NCBI GenBank assembly: GCA_013239625.1
Contig: MU053629.1
Coordinates: 2,135,567-2,199,566 of the forward strand
Length of the DNA stretch: 64,000 nt
Direction: 5' to 3'
Source of the DNA: Lama guanicoe
Lineage: Eukaryota
The notes under the pieces were generated by a model that saw nothing but the letters and a program-made list of their open reading frames with translations, searched no databases and was not told the DNA's origin. The position numbers were made by a program, and so were the translations under genes. Positions 12,851 through 25,730 of the stretch are shown here, piece by piece. How positions within the stretch are numbered: the first letter of the stretch is position 1; each line of letters starts with the position of its first letter.

Positions 12851-13232
12851 CATGGTGTTGATATTACACTTATTTTATTCAACTTTAGGCAGTAAGGATA
12901 GGATCCATATAATCTGGATTTTTGGCTTATTTCGTTTTCTGGATATTTGAAGGCCTTTTCTTTATAGATCTTCGCATACATGTTAGGATGACATAATTGA
13001 AGTGTGAAGCATGAATATGAAGTGGATAATACTTACATGTAGTGTATAATAATTATATGTAGAATTGGCATGGCAAATGGTAAAGAAGGGTATTTTGTTG
13101 AAAATTTGAAAAGAGGGTTCTTTTTTCTAAAGAACAGTAAAATTGGGTCTGACCTAAAAGAAGCACTTCCTAAAACCTGGGTACATCGGAAGATATTGGC
13201 ATTCCCTCTGGCCATTTGTAAGGCTGTTTACC

Positions 13233-13620
13233 AATTCATTCACTGGACAAATATTTAGTGAATTAGGGGGGCAGTATAGCATGCACGGGGTCCTAGGTTC
13301 AATCCCCAGTACTGATATATATAGATATATCTATGTATATCACACACACACACACAAACCTGATCACCTCCCCCCAGAAAAATAAAAATTTTTAAAAATG
13401 CAATGAATGCCTACCTGATACAAGGCATTGTTTTGGTACTTGGGATATTCTAGTGAACAAAATGTTAAAAAAAAATGTCTGTTTTGACTACATTCTTGTT
13501 GGAGAAATACACAGTAAACATTAAGCATAAAAATCTGTCTTTCTGTCAATTTAGAGTGAACCGGGCTTTGAAGAAAAATGAGGTAGAAAAAGGGGTAGGG
13601 GTATATAGGAAGTATGTTAG
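13233..13620 (-). mobile_element. L2 3' end interrupted by a SINE
   Basis: attcattcactggacaaatatttagtgaa, then after the SINE tgcctacctgatacaaggcattgttttggtacttggg. Confidence 0.7.
13266..13390 (+). mobile_element. Camelid tRNA-derived SINE (vic-1-like), internally deleted, with microsatellite tail
   Basis: ggggggcagtatagcatgcacggggtcctaggttcaatccccagtac; B box present, D-arm region missing. Confidence 0.85.
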
Positions 13621-13759
13621 TTTGTTGTTTTTAAGGCCCTTATAGACTCCTTGATTAAAACTAGAAAGGCATAAGATTCACCCCAAAACCCAAGTAGCTG
13701 GAAAAAAGGTTAATTCACAATTAATTATTCAGTCAATGATGATCCTCTGATGAGAACTG

Positions 13760-14340
13760 TCTCAAATTTAGATATGTTTTCCCCAGTGGTTTTCTTCCCA
13801 ACTTAATTGTCTTACTTGCAAAGAGTTTTCAGAAGAAATGGTTCCAAGCAACTACACAAATCCCTCATCCCAAAACATCTCATTTTCACAGAAAAAGATA
13901 GGCATTTTTTCAGCATCTACAAACAAAATAAGAAACAGGGCATAGCCTTACACAGTTGCAGGATTGTTTATTTTACCATCTTGTTTAGAAATGATCAATA
14001 TTGTGTTTGAGATCAGTGAAGAAAAGGAAATAGGAAAGATGCCACTTTTGAGTAATTCTACTTGTGGACTTTGTGAAACATGAGGTGCCATAGAAACAAC
14101 ACTACATAGAAAGCTGTTAAATCCATACTTTTCATTTTAGATTGATGAATCAATAGACATTAGTAAATGTGCCCAGTTAGCAGTACTGGTTAGAATCTCC
14201 GAAGAGAAATTCCTAAAGCATTGTTTGTTCTCTGCATATCTGCTGAAACAAACTATTTGAGATGAAATACTCAAAATTGTAAATGAAATCTTAGTAAAAA
14301 TATAATATTATGGATATCTTTCCTCATTTTGTGTAAATAA
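13760..14340 (+). pseudogene. Fossil hAT (Charlie/Buster-group) transposase
   Basis: Translated remnants: CLTCK...MVPS/LHKSLIPKHLIFTEKDRHFF (BED zinc-finger-like), PYTVAG, PLLSNST, and FSF*IDESIDISKCAQLAVLVR at about 14129-14194 (first catalytic Asp motif); stops and frameshifts present. Confidence 0.85.
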
Positions 14341-14487
14341 ATGGTAGTTCTACTTTATATGAAGAGTTCACCCTATAACCTTGAATACAAACACATGAAT
14401 TGTTTTGTCCAGTTTTGCATAGGAGAAACTCCATTTTGCCTGAGACCTGACTTCCATATTAAATTATATTTTCAAAATGGTGACTCT

Positions 14488-14735
14488 AATAATAATAGCA
14501 AACACTTTAAAATAGTACTCACTGTGTGCTAGGGCTGTTGTGAGAAGTTTACATATATTTACTAATTTAATCATCACAACAGATTAATGATGTAGGTACT
14601 ATTAATGTCATCCCATCTATAGCTCAGCAAATAAGGCACAAAACGGTTAGGTAATTTGCCCAAGGTCACGTAACTAGGACATGGCAGAGCCAAGATTCGA
14701 AGCCAGGAGATCTGTTAACAAAGTCTATACTCTTT
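14488..14735 (-). mobile_element. MIR SINE
   Basis: atttaatcatcacaac...tgtaggtactatt...ggttaggtaatttgcccaaggtcac...ggcagagccaagattcgaa. Confidence 0.9.
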
Positions 14736-14744
14736 AAAAAACAA

Positions 14745-15925
14745 TTTTTTAAAAAATTGTGGTAGAATATACTAATCTAAATTTGTCATCTAACCATTTT
14801 TAAGTGTACAGATCAGTAGTGTTAAGTGCATTTTGTTGTGCACCCAATCTCCAGAACTCTTTTTATCTTGCAAAACTGAAACTATATCCTTTAAATAACT
14901 CCAGATAATTTTCTTCTGCTGCTCATGGCAACTGGCGTTCTACTCTCTGTCTCTCTGAATTTGACTACTCTAGGTACCTCATATTAGTGGAATCACAGCA
15001 TATATTTTTTTTTTGTAACTGGCTTATTTTATGTAGAATGTAAAATGCAATCTTGAATGTCCTCAGGATTCATCCTTGTTAAAGCATGCGTCAGAATTTA
15101 CTTCCTTTTTTAAGGCTGAATATATTTTATTGTATGTATATACCACATTTTGTTTATGCATTCATCTTTCTATGGACACTTGGCTTGCTTCCACCTTTTG
15201 GCTACTGTGAATAATGTTGCTGTGATCATATGTGTGCATATATTTGCTTGAGTTCCTGCTTTAAATTCTTTGGGAGTATATACCCAGAAGTGGAATTAGT
15301 GACTCTTGTAATTCTCTGTTTAATTTTTTGAGGAATTGCTGTATTGTTTTCCATAGCAGCTGCACCATTTTTTATATTGATACTAACGCTGCACAGGGGT
15401 TCCAATTTCTCCTCATCCTCAGCAACATTAGTTATCATCTGTTTTGTTTTGCTTTGTTTGATAATAGCTGTCCTAATATGTGTTAAGGTGATATCTCATT
15501 GTGGTTTTGATTTGTATTTCCCTAATGAGTGATGTTGAGCACCTTTTCATGTGCTTATTCATTTATCTTTGGAGAGTTGTCTGTTCAAAATCTTTTGCCC
15601 ATTTTTGAATTGGGTTGGGTTTTTTATTGTCATTGAGTTGTAGGAGTTCTTTATATATTTGGATATTAATCCTTTATTAGGTCTATGATCTTCAAGTATT
15701 TTCTCCCATTCTTTTCACCTCTTGATACATAAAAGTTTTTAATTTTGATGAAGTCCAGTTTATTTTATATTTTGTTGCCTGTGGTTTTAGTGTCCTAACC
15801 AAGAAATCATTGCCAAATCCAGTATATCCCCTATGTTTTCTTCAGAATTTTATAGTTTTAGCTGTTATGTTTAGGTCTTTGATCATTTTGAGTTAATTTC
15901 TGTACGTGGTATAAAATAAAGATGC
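14745..15925 (-). mobile_element. L1MB-type 3' portion
   Basis: taaccatttttaagtgtacag...ctgaatttgactactctaggtacctcatat; ORF 15226-15438 resembles a degraded ORF2 C-terminus. Confidence 0.9.
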
Positions 15926-16125
15926 AACCTTTATCCCATGGCTTAATTTCTGGCCCATTGTTTTTCCTTTCAGGTGTACTTAACCCTCAATTTAAAGAGT
16001 TGGCATAAAAGATTTAGGAGAAGTGGATGATAAGAAAGTGGCAGTAGCAGTTATAGATTACTCATTTAGAAATCTTAGTAGTTAGAAGCGGGAGAAAAGA
16101 AAAAGATTGCTGTTTTTTAAGGAGG

Positions 16126-16208
16126 GATTTTTTTTGAGTTTTTTTTAATTGAAGTATAGTTGATTTACAATGTTGTATTAGTTCCTGATGTACAGCAAAG
16201 TGATTCAG

Positions 16209-16239
<31 letters not shown>

Positions 16240-16483
16240 TTCTTTTTTATGTTCTTCTCCATTATGGTTTTTTTAAATTGAAGTATAGTCGATTTACAGT
16301 GTGTTAATTTCTAGTGTATAGCATAATGTTTCAGTGATACATATACATAAGTTCCTTTTCATATTCTTTTTCTTTATAGGTTATTACAAGAAAATTGCAC
16401 ATAGTTCTCTGTGCCATACAGTAGGACCTTGTTTATTTTATATATAGTAGTTTGTATCTGCTAATCCCAAACTTATTTATTCC
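16126..16483 (-). mobile_element. Two tandem L1 3' tails inside one TSD
   Basis: aattgaagtatagt starts near 16147 and again near 16276; TSD ttaaggagg at 16117-16125 and 16484-16492. Confidence 0.85.
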
Positions 16484-16559
16484 TTAAGGAGGTAATATAT
16501 TTTTAAATTACATTCTCATTGAAAAAAATTTGGAGAAGTCAAAAAATTATTAAGAAAAA

Positions 16560-16865
16560 AGGTAAACATGGATAACAATATATAATGTTTATGGATACAT
16601 AAATGTATAATAAATGCTTAAAATCTATGCTTGGCAATGATAAACCCTGAATTAATAATAGTGGTTTTTCATGAGGTATGGGCAGATGGAGGGGAACAGG
16701 ATGAGGGGAGGGTACATAGGAAGCCTCTATCTGTAATGTTTTAATTTTTTTAAAAAAAGAGATGTCTGAAATAATATAATACTGAGTTCAACCAGAGTGA
16801 TTGATAGGTGGAAGGGTATTTATGTTCTTTATTCTTATCTGTTTGAAATATTTTATAATAAAAAT
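16560..16865 (+). mobile_element. Old L1ME-type 3' end
   Basis: gatggaggggaacaggatgaggggagggtacatagg...tgtttgaaatattttataataaaaa. Confidence 0.6.
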
Positions 16866-17739
16866 AACTTAAATTTTAAAACAAGCAACACAGAAGAATA
16901 AAGCCTAGAAAGTTTAGTTACATCAGAGGGAGGATTAGATCTTCCTTTAAGATAGAAGCGGGTGGAGGAAATAGACAGGAACTTTGAACTGAGAAGAACA
17001 GAAATTTAAAGGAACCCAGGTCAGATAATCTTAGTCTCATTTTAGTGGCAAATCAGTTGCTGAGGGTAAGGTGGGAGTACTGGGATAGTTTGGGGAGTTC
17101 CAGGTTGGTTGGAAAAATTTGACAGATTCAGGATAGGGAGACATGTAGAAAGAAATAAACTGATTGCTGAATAGCATTAAAGGGCTACCGAAGGGTGGTT
17201 GTCAGGAATTTGTTGTTGAGCAAGATACCACAGTTATGTGGATTTATTAGCATTGCGCTATATAGCCAAGGAGAAAAGTAAAAAGAATGAAAAGAAAACA
17301 AAAAGTTGAATGATAAGGATTGGATAAAGTTTATATTAGAAATAATTGGATTGTGAAGAAGAGAAGTCCACTCTAACAAAAGTCAGTGGGGGAGTTATTG
17401 TCAGGCTTCAGGGCACAATCATGAGGGCAACCAAAGACAAAAGTGTAGCTAGACGTCTCTTAAGTACATTTATCTCTGCATCTTTTCTCTCCTCTTTCTT
17501 GACTGGCCTGTTCTGCACTTGGTACTATGCATGACTGGAATATAGCACTTTGCATAAGTCCCCACCCTCCTCATGAATTGCAGATTTGGGCTATAAAATC
17601 AGTTGAGTTGGTTGCAGTCAGCATTTAAAAAAAAAGAAATTCCATATAATTAGGAAGGTGAAGTTGTATGTGTTTGAATGCTTACTTATTGCAACCTAAA
17701 ATTAATTCATCCCTCTTAGTGCCGACTCTGTGCCAAACA

Positions 17740-18480
17740 GGGATACATTAGTAAATAACCTCAGATCCCTGTCCTTTGCTCCCTCCTGCTCAAGAACCTC
17801 TCAGAATAAATGGCAGAGTAGGCAGAGTTCATTAGCCGTACAGAGCACGAAGGGGGTCAGCGCAAGGGGTAGGGATAGAAGGAAAACAGAGGTTGTCTCC
17901 CACTGGGGTAAGCTCCACCGCTGAAGTTCAGGTGCATGTGGCCTGCCTAAGACTGAAACTAGAGGAAGAGAATCCTGTTCGCACCACTAGCCTTACACCG
18001 AGTACCCCTCAACGGCAGTCTGCCACTGGGGCAGGGGCAAGAACATGGAGAGACACCTGCTCCTTGGCACAGGTGTTTACGGCCTGCTGAAAACTGAGGA
18101 TGGAGCAAGAATTCAGTGACAAATTCTCAAGCTCAATTTCTTGCCCTAAAACATAAGGTGTATTGTCAGTTTACCATTGGAAGAATTTGAACCCTGTGGT
18201 GCACTGAAGCTAACTAAAGCAACAATAAAACCCAAACCCAGCTCACCTACTCACTAGATTGATTCAAACCCCCACCCTAATGGCCTGGAAGAAACACGTG
18301 TCCTTATTTCCAAGCATAAATATTGTTTTCCTCAATCCCTACTATTCTTTTAGGCATACATTAGGAGCTACATTGAAAAGCAAGAAAAAGCAGTGCAGAA
18401 CATAACCAGACCCAGAGGTTGTCCAAATGGTGAAATTATGACATAGTGATTTTAAGTAACTGGTAAAGAACCTAGAGGAA
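17740..18480 (+). mobile_element. Probable old L1M 5'/ORF1-proximal fragment
   Basis: GC-richer block ending in gaaaagcaagaaaaagcag...aaccagacccagagg..ccaaatggtgaaattat, typical of the L1M 5' region. Confidence 0.5.
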
Positions 18481-18484
18481 AAAT

Positions 18485-18905
18485 TCCTGCCTTTATGGAA
18501 TTTATTATCTGGTGGACAGAGAAAGACAGCAAAATAAATGAATGTGTGGTATGTTAGATGGTGATGAGTGCTGTGGAGAAAAATAAAACAGAGGAGAAGA
18601 TATGGGGGATTTTTGAGGAAGCAGAGCAGAGAAGATGCCGTTTGATAAATGACCTAAAGGAGGGTAAGAAAAAAGCTGACAGGATGTCTGGAGGGAAAAT
18701 GTCCTAGGGGAATTAAAAACAGAAAGTGCAAAGATACTGAGGTCAGTGGGTACCTGCACATTCAAGGAACAACAAAGGAATCAGTGTGACTTAGAGTTAA
18801 GAATGTTGGGGAGGTAAGTAGTAGGAGATATAGTCAAGAAAGTAAGTGGTTGGGGTGGAGTACATTACAAATATTTAGCTTTCTGTTCTGAGGTTGGAAG
18901 CCATT
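18485..18905 (-). mobile_element. L2 fragment
   Basis: ttcctgcctttatggaattta...gatggtgatgagtgctgtggagaaaaataaa...aaagtgcaaagatactgagg. Confidence 0.75.
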
Positions 18906-18924
18906 TTTATTAAATTTTTAGAAA

Positions 18925-21900
18925 CATTTAAATATTTTAATTGCTTTGTTATAATTCAATGAACATAATAAATTATACATATTTAATGTGTACAGTGATA
19001 TTCTCTGACATACATATATACTCATATGTAAATATACCTGTGAAACTCACCACAGTCAAGATAATGAATATATCCATTACCCAAATAAACTTCCCTGTGC
19101 CCTTTTGTAATCTCTTCCTTCTTTCCCTTTCTGCTTTTCATCAGTCCCCAGGTAACCACGGATCTGCTGTCACTATACATTAGTTTGTGTTTTCTAGAAT
19201 TTTATATAAATGGAATGTATACTTTTTTGTCTGACTTCTTTCAGCATAAATAATTTGAGATTGCATGTATCTATAGTTTATTCGTTTTTATTCTGGAGTA
19301 GTATTCCATTGTATAAAATGTATACTATGATTTGTTTTTCCAGTTTATTACTGGGCATTTGAGTTATTTCATTTTTGGCTATTGCAAATAAAGCAGCCCT
19401 GAACAAGTACAGCTCTTTGTAGGGACATATGCTTCTATATCTCTTGCTAGTATTAGAATGGCTTGGTTACTTGGTAGTGTATGTTTAACTTTCTAAGTAA
19501 CTACCAAATTGATTTGGGGGTTGGTTGTGCATATCACATTCCTATCAGCAGTCTGTGAAAGTTCCTGTTGTTCCGTATCTTTGCAAACACTTGGTATGGT
19601 CTCTTTGTTTTTTGGTTTTTGGTTTTTTTTAAAGACATTCTAATGGTGTTTAGTTGTATTTCTTTGTGATTTTAATTTGTATTTCTCTTTTCACTAGTAA
19701 TGTTCTCTTTTATGAATTTGCTTACTGTCTTCTGCAAGGAAATGTCTCTTTAAAATCTTTTGCTTATTTTTAATTGGGTTGTTTTCTTATTACTGATTTT
19801 GGAGGGTTCTTGACATATTCCAGATACAATTCATCTATCAGATCGGTGATTTGCAAATATGGTCTCCCAGTCTGGCTTGTCTGTTCATCATTTGATCAGT
19901 GATTAGAATGGCTTAATTAGAGCAGAAGTTCTTTATTTTGGTGTTCGGTTCATCAGTACTTTCTTTAATGGGTTATGCTTTTAGTGTCATATCTAAAATC
20001 TCTGCCAAGATTACAAAAATATTCTGTTTTTCCTTCTGAAAGTTTTATAGTTTATGTTTTATGTTTAGATCTTTCATCCATTTCGAGTTAACTTTTATAT
20101 ATAGTGCATGATATATGGATCGAAGTATTTTTGTTTATGACTATTCAGTGTTCCAGCACCATTTGTTAAAAAGACTGTTCTTTTTTTTCCACTGAACTGT
20201 ATTTTCACCTTTGTCAAAAATCAGCTGACCATTTATCATACATGTGTGGTTCTATTACTCTATTTTGATTCAATTTATTTATCTTATTGCCAACGTTACA
20301 TTGTCTTAATGGCTGTAACTTCATAATAAACCTTGAAATCAAGTGGTGTAAATCCTCCAACGTTTTTCTTCTTTTGCAAAGTTGTTTTGGCTCTTCTAGT
20401 TTCTTTGATTTTCCTATTAATTTTAGAGTCAGCTTATCCATTTCTTTCAAAAAAAAATCTGCTGGGGTTTTAATTGGAATTGCATTGAATCTATTGATAA
20501 ATTAGGGGACAGTTGACATGTTAACAATATTATCTTCCAATCCATGAATACAGTATCTCTCTCATTTATTTTAAGTCTTTAATTCCTCTGAGCAGTTTTT
20601 TGTTTTCAGTGTATAGATTTTGTACATTTTAGGGCAGTTTTATTATTAAGTATTTCATATTTTGATTCTATGGTAATTTCTGAGTGTTCATTGGTATGTA
20701 ATAGAAATAAAATTAATTTTTATAAATTGATCTTGTATTCAGCAACCTTGCTAAACTCATGTATCAGTTCCTAGTAGCTTTTTTGTAGATTCAATAGAAT
20801 TTTCTAGCTAGATCTTCTTCAAATTAAGATCTTGAGTTTTACTGATTCCTTTACATTTTGAATACTTTTTAATTTCTTTTTCTTGCCTTCACTGCACTAA
20901 CTATCACCTCTAATGCAATGCTCAATAGAAGTGATGAGAGTAGCCATCCTTACCTTGTTCCCCACCTTAGGGAGAAACCATTCTGTTTTTACCAGTAAAT
21001 ATGATGTTATCTGTAGGTTTTTCATAGATGTCCTTTATCAGATTAAGAAAGTTCCCTTCAATTCCAGGTTTGCTGTGCATTTTATCAGGAATGGATGTTA
21101 CATTTTGCCAAGTCCTCTTTCTACATTTACTGCAATGATCGCATATTTAAAAATTTTTTTTTCTCTCTTGGTGGTGAATTACATTAATTAAATTTCAGAT
21201 GTTCAAATAGTAGGTTCCTGGGATAAAACTCAATCATGATGTAGTAACCTTTTTATATATTCTTGGATTTGATTTGCTAATTTTTAAAGAATTTTTACAT
21301 CTATAATTACTAGGATATTGACCTAAAGTTTTTATGTAATGTCTTTGGTTTGGATACCACAGTAATCTGGCCTCATAGAATGTGTCAGGAAGTAGTCTCA
21401 CCTCTTGAATTTTATGGAAGAATTTGTGCAGAATTATATTATTTCTTCCTTTAATGTTCAGTGGAATTTACCAGAGAAGCCATCTGGGCCTAGAATGTTT
21501 TAGGTGGCGGACAGTTGGGGAAATAGGAATGGTAATGCTTAACAAAAATTTTGTTTAGCTGATGGAGGACTATTCAGATTATCTCTTTCTTCTTGAGTGA
21601 GCGTTAGTAGTTTGTGTCTTTCAAGGCTTGCATTGTTTCTGTCAAATCTATGGTCACCCTTATGTTTGTTTCTCTGTATGTGAGTCTGCTTTCAAATTTT
21701 AAACAAAATTTGAGCAAATTTAGGGATTAAATATTTTCAAGCTTGGCTACTTTAAAATTTTTTTTTTAATCACTCATTTTAATGAGGTTGATTTTGATGT
21801 GGCCTTATGTGTTTTCTTCATGCTTCTTGTGCTTGGGGTTTGTTGCAGTTCTTGTTGTGAATTTATGGTTTTCATCAACTTTGGAAAATTTTCAGCTATT

Positions 21901-22640
21901 ATTTAAATATTTTTTCTTCCCCTCTTACAGACCTAAATTACATATGATTCTACTTGAAGTTGTCTTTTTTTTCCAGGCTTTTTTTTTCCCACTGTATTTT
22001 ATTTTGGATTATTTCTGTTGCTACATTTTCAAGTTCACCAACCTATCTTTGTTGTTTAATCTGCTATTAATCTCTAACAGTGTCTGTTTCATCTTAGACA
22101 TTATAGTTTCATCTCTGAAAGTTTTATTTATATCTTTTGTATTTACAAAATTCCACTTAACATGTTTAATCTTTTCTCAAACTTCTTGAATGTATGGAAT
22201 ATTAAAATGATTATTTTAGTGTTCTGCCTATTCTGTCATCTCTGTCATTTCTGGATTGGTTTTGTGATAGATTGAATACTTCTCCTCAGTATGGGTTATA
22301 TTTTCTTACTTTTTTGCATGCCTAGGAATTGGATGCCAGGTGTTGTGCTGGATTTTTTTTTTTCAGTACTTTAAATATTCTTGAACTTTGTTCTAAGTTG
22401 TGGTTAGATTTCTCAGAAATAGTTTATGTCTTTAAGCTTCCTTAGTCAGGACCAAAGCAGTGTTAAAGCAGGGCTGATTTTCTCCACTACCACAGCTAAA
22501 CCCTTATTGGATCCTGTCTGATTCTCTGTGAATTATGAGGTTTTCCTCCCTGGTGGTAGGAATAGGTACTGTTCTTGTCCTATGGGCTACAAGTATCTTT
22601 CTCCCCTAATTCTTTTGAGTAGTTCCCTTCCTAGCCTCCT
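18925..22640 (-). mobile_element. Large old L1M (3'UTR and ORF2 to about 21625, then ORF1/5' remnants)
   Basis: Continuous antisense L1 motifs; ORF 20214-20450 resembles degraded ORF2 (EMDKLTLKLIGKSK). Confidence 0.9.
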
Positions 22641-24172
22641 AGGTAGGGAAGTAGTAATGAGGATCAGGGAAAACATGGAATATGATGGAGAAACCGAAGT
22701 GTAGAGTTCTCCAGTGGCTCAAAGCAAGGGATTGTGGGGACCTATCGGACCAAGGGCCTAGAGAGAAGGGATTAGAATTATGGTCAGAGGGATTTTGTCA
22801 TTTAATATCCTGAAGGTGAGACAGTTCAGAGCGATGATGACATCCATAGCATAGCAATGTTTGTGGGGATAAAAGACATTGTGAAAATTTCACTTTATAA
22901 CTTGGTCCTTTTTTCTTTATTTGATGAGGCTATAGACTGTTGGGGCTAAACCAGGTATTTTTAGTACATGTCTAAAACAAGAAAAGATCTCTTTACTTCC
23001 TACTGACTTTTGATGAAATCTAAACTCAGGATAAAGTATTTGTTTTCTCTCCACTGTCATCTCATTCTTGCTACCTCCTTGTTCTTTAAAAAGATGTTTT
23101 TATTGGAAGTGTACTCCATGTAGTCGGGAAAACAAGTAAAAACTGTCACTTCAGCTTACTGCCAGCCATACAGTTGTAGGTCCTAATTGATTTTGGTACA
23201 GCCTTTTTTTTTTTAATTTAAAATTTTTATAGACATTTTTAGTTGTTGCTAAATATTCCAGAGTCAGAGTGTGTCATAAATTACCAACTATTCCCTTAAC
23301 TTCGTAATGTTAAACTTTTAGAGCTATCTTCAGCTTTTTATTTATAAATAAAATTTCAGATTCTTTTACTAGACAATTTAATCTACATTTATTTTGTGGA
23401 TAGATTCTTAGATGTAAATACATCCAGCTGACATCCTGTTGTGTGCATTTTCATTTACATCTATTTTCTTTGTTGGGTAGATTCTAAGAAGTAGAATAAT
23501 AGGGTTAAATAATTTTTCAAATGTTTTGTACTTACTTATATTTTTTCTTTTGTGAATTCTGTTTTGATTTTTCATTTGGGTTTTTGCTTTTTTGTTTATT
23601 TGTTTCATCTTTGAGACATTGTGGATCTCAGTTTGATTGTTTTAATTTTTTGTGCGAGCTCTTTATTACGACTACTAATCTATCAATAACAACAACAGCA
23701 CTTATGAATTGCCAGGTATTATTCTAAATTCTTTGTGTGCATTAACTTATCTAACCCTCCTGATAATCGGATATTGTATTTTTATGGAAAGGTTAAATAA
23801 GTGATCAGTTTCCTAAATAAAAATTTAACATAGAAATCTTTGTCTTTCTCTCCGAGCCACTAGCACTAATAACACTGCAAGTCTTTGGCATTACACAGCT
23901 GTGTTTCATTTGTTTATAACCTCATGACATCATGTTGACTGGTACTCATAATGTGTTTAACGTTTGTAACGTTAGCTAGGTCTATCGAGATTTTTTTCGT
24001 AATGACTAGATTTAGTATACATTTAAAGTTATTCACCACTTGCGAGAATTTTAAAATTATTATTTATATCATATCTGCTTTGGAAAGAGATTTAATGTAA
24101 CTTGTAATAAATGAGACATACAGTAGGACTTTTAATCCCTTAATATCCAGAAACTTTAAAGAGGGGAAACAG

Positions 24173-24224
24173 GATAACTATACCTAAAATCTAGGTAAAA
24201 ATCTAGATTTTAGGTATAGTTATC
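24173..24224. repeat. Perfect 22-bp inverted repeat with 8-nt spacer
   Basis: GATAACTATACCTAAAATCTAG (24173-24194), spacer gtaaaaat, CTAGATTTTAGGTATAGTTATC (24203-24224). Confidence 0.97.
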
Positions 24225-25164
24225 TAGGGTCATTTAATACTAAATTTGGTTCTTCTTGACATTTTTGGTAAGAATAAAAATCTGTCCCTTGAGGATAGCT
24301 CAGATTTATTCATTTGAAATCATAATTTGGTATGTCATATTATTCTGAATGCTAAAATATATGCCACTGAACAAACCTGAAATGTAGCTTTTAACATACT
24401 TTCCATTAGCTGGTGGTCAAAGTTTTTTAATACATGTAATGATTTTAAGGAGCAGTGAAAAATATCAAGGAGCTATTTCCGTAGATTCATTCTTCGTCTT
24501 CTGTGCCCCCTCACAAAATTGTGAAACTGTACAAGTGTGATAAATATATTTCTTGCGGTTGAAGTATGACACAAATGTGAAATTGAAATATTTCTTCCAA
24601 ATTTTTATTTAGCAATGAGTGTTTGTTCTAAGAGCAAAGAGTAATTCTATCTAAGGCCCAAATTTGTGATTGGGATTGATAAGAAGCAAAGTTTCAAAGA
24701 GAGATAGAAGCTGTTTTACAAAGGCTCAGTGATTTGAAATGATCTGTAGTCAACCAGTGGAGTGCTGCCAAAGACTTTTTGAACAGGGTAGTGATATCTT
24801 GAAAACGGTGTTTTAGGAAGTTAAATTCTGGTGGTTATATAAAGAAGATTGTCTCAAAGGAAGAAACAAAAGAAATAACTTAATAGCCCACTGCTGTAAT
24901 ATACACTAATGATTCTTGAGTTTGATATTGAATGCCTTAATCCAAGATATAAGGAGCCCCACTTTAATCTGGTTTCTCTTAAATTTCCATTCTTAACCTC
25001 TTCCAGAAGCCCACTGTACTGAACTTCCTTCAGTTCTTGCTATATCTTTTCTCTTCTCCAAGTTTTAATGAGTGCCTTTCTTTGTATGTTGCACTTTCAT
25101 TTCCTCTTTTCCTTACCTTCTGTTTCCAACTCTCCCCACTCCTGTCCTATCTTGAGATAGAGAT

Positions 25165-25390
25165 AGAGATACAGGCTCTAAAGTACCTCGGTTCTAATCC
25201 TGGTTCTGCCCCTTCATCGCAGTTGTGACTTTCGCAAATTGTTTAATCTCTCAAAGCCTCAATTTCTTCATCTGTATGAGGTAGGTAATAATAGTAGTTC
25301 CTACTTCATAAGGTAACTAGGAGAATCAGTGGGTAAACAGGGAATATATACAATACTTGGCACTTAAAAAGCACTATATAAATGTTATTG
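25165..25390 (+). mobile_element. MIR SINE
   Basis: ggttctaatcctggttctgcc...aagcctcaatttcttcatctgtatgagg. Confidence 0.85.
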
Positions 25391-25399
25391 TTGTCTGGC

Positions 25400-25730
25400 T
25401 CGTATTCATTTTTCTGATCTCAGCTTAGTTTTTTTTTTTTTTTAATGGAGGTGCTGGAAATTGAACCCGAGACCTTGTGCATGCTAGGCATGGGCTCTAC
25501 CACTGAGCTATACCTACTCACCACAGCTTAGATTTTACTTTAGAAGTCTTTCCTGACCCCTAGCTGGGTTAGATAGTACTCTCTTGTGTTCCCATAGATA
25601 CCTTTACTTCCCTTGCCATGTTGTATTATCATTGCCTAGCTGTTTCACTGCCACATGTTCTTTTTCTGCTATCATCACAGCATCATATCCTCCTTGACTG
25701 GCACATAGTAACTGCTCAATAAAAATTTGT
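25400..25730 (+). mobile_element. L2 3' end interrupted by a SINE
   Basis: agaagtctttcctgaccc...ctggcacatagtaactgctcaataaaaatttgttg. Confidence 0.7.
25429..25522 (-). mobile_element. Camelid tRNA-derived SINE, short form, with TSD
   Basis: Reverse complement of the SINE head plus poly(A); TSD cagcttag at 25421-25428 and 25524-25531. Confidence 0.9.

Noticed and set aside
21782..22189. 135-aa hydrophobic ORF and many similar F/L/I-rich short ORFs
   Set aside because: These are antisense translations of T-rich L1 or low-complexity DNA, with no domain or splice support.
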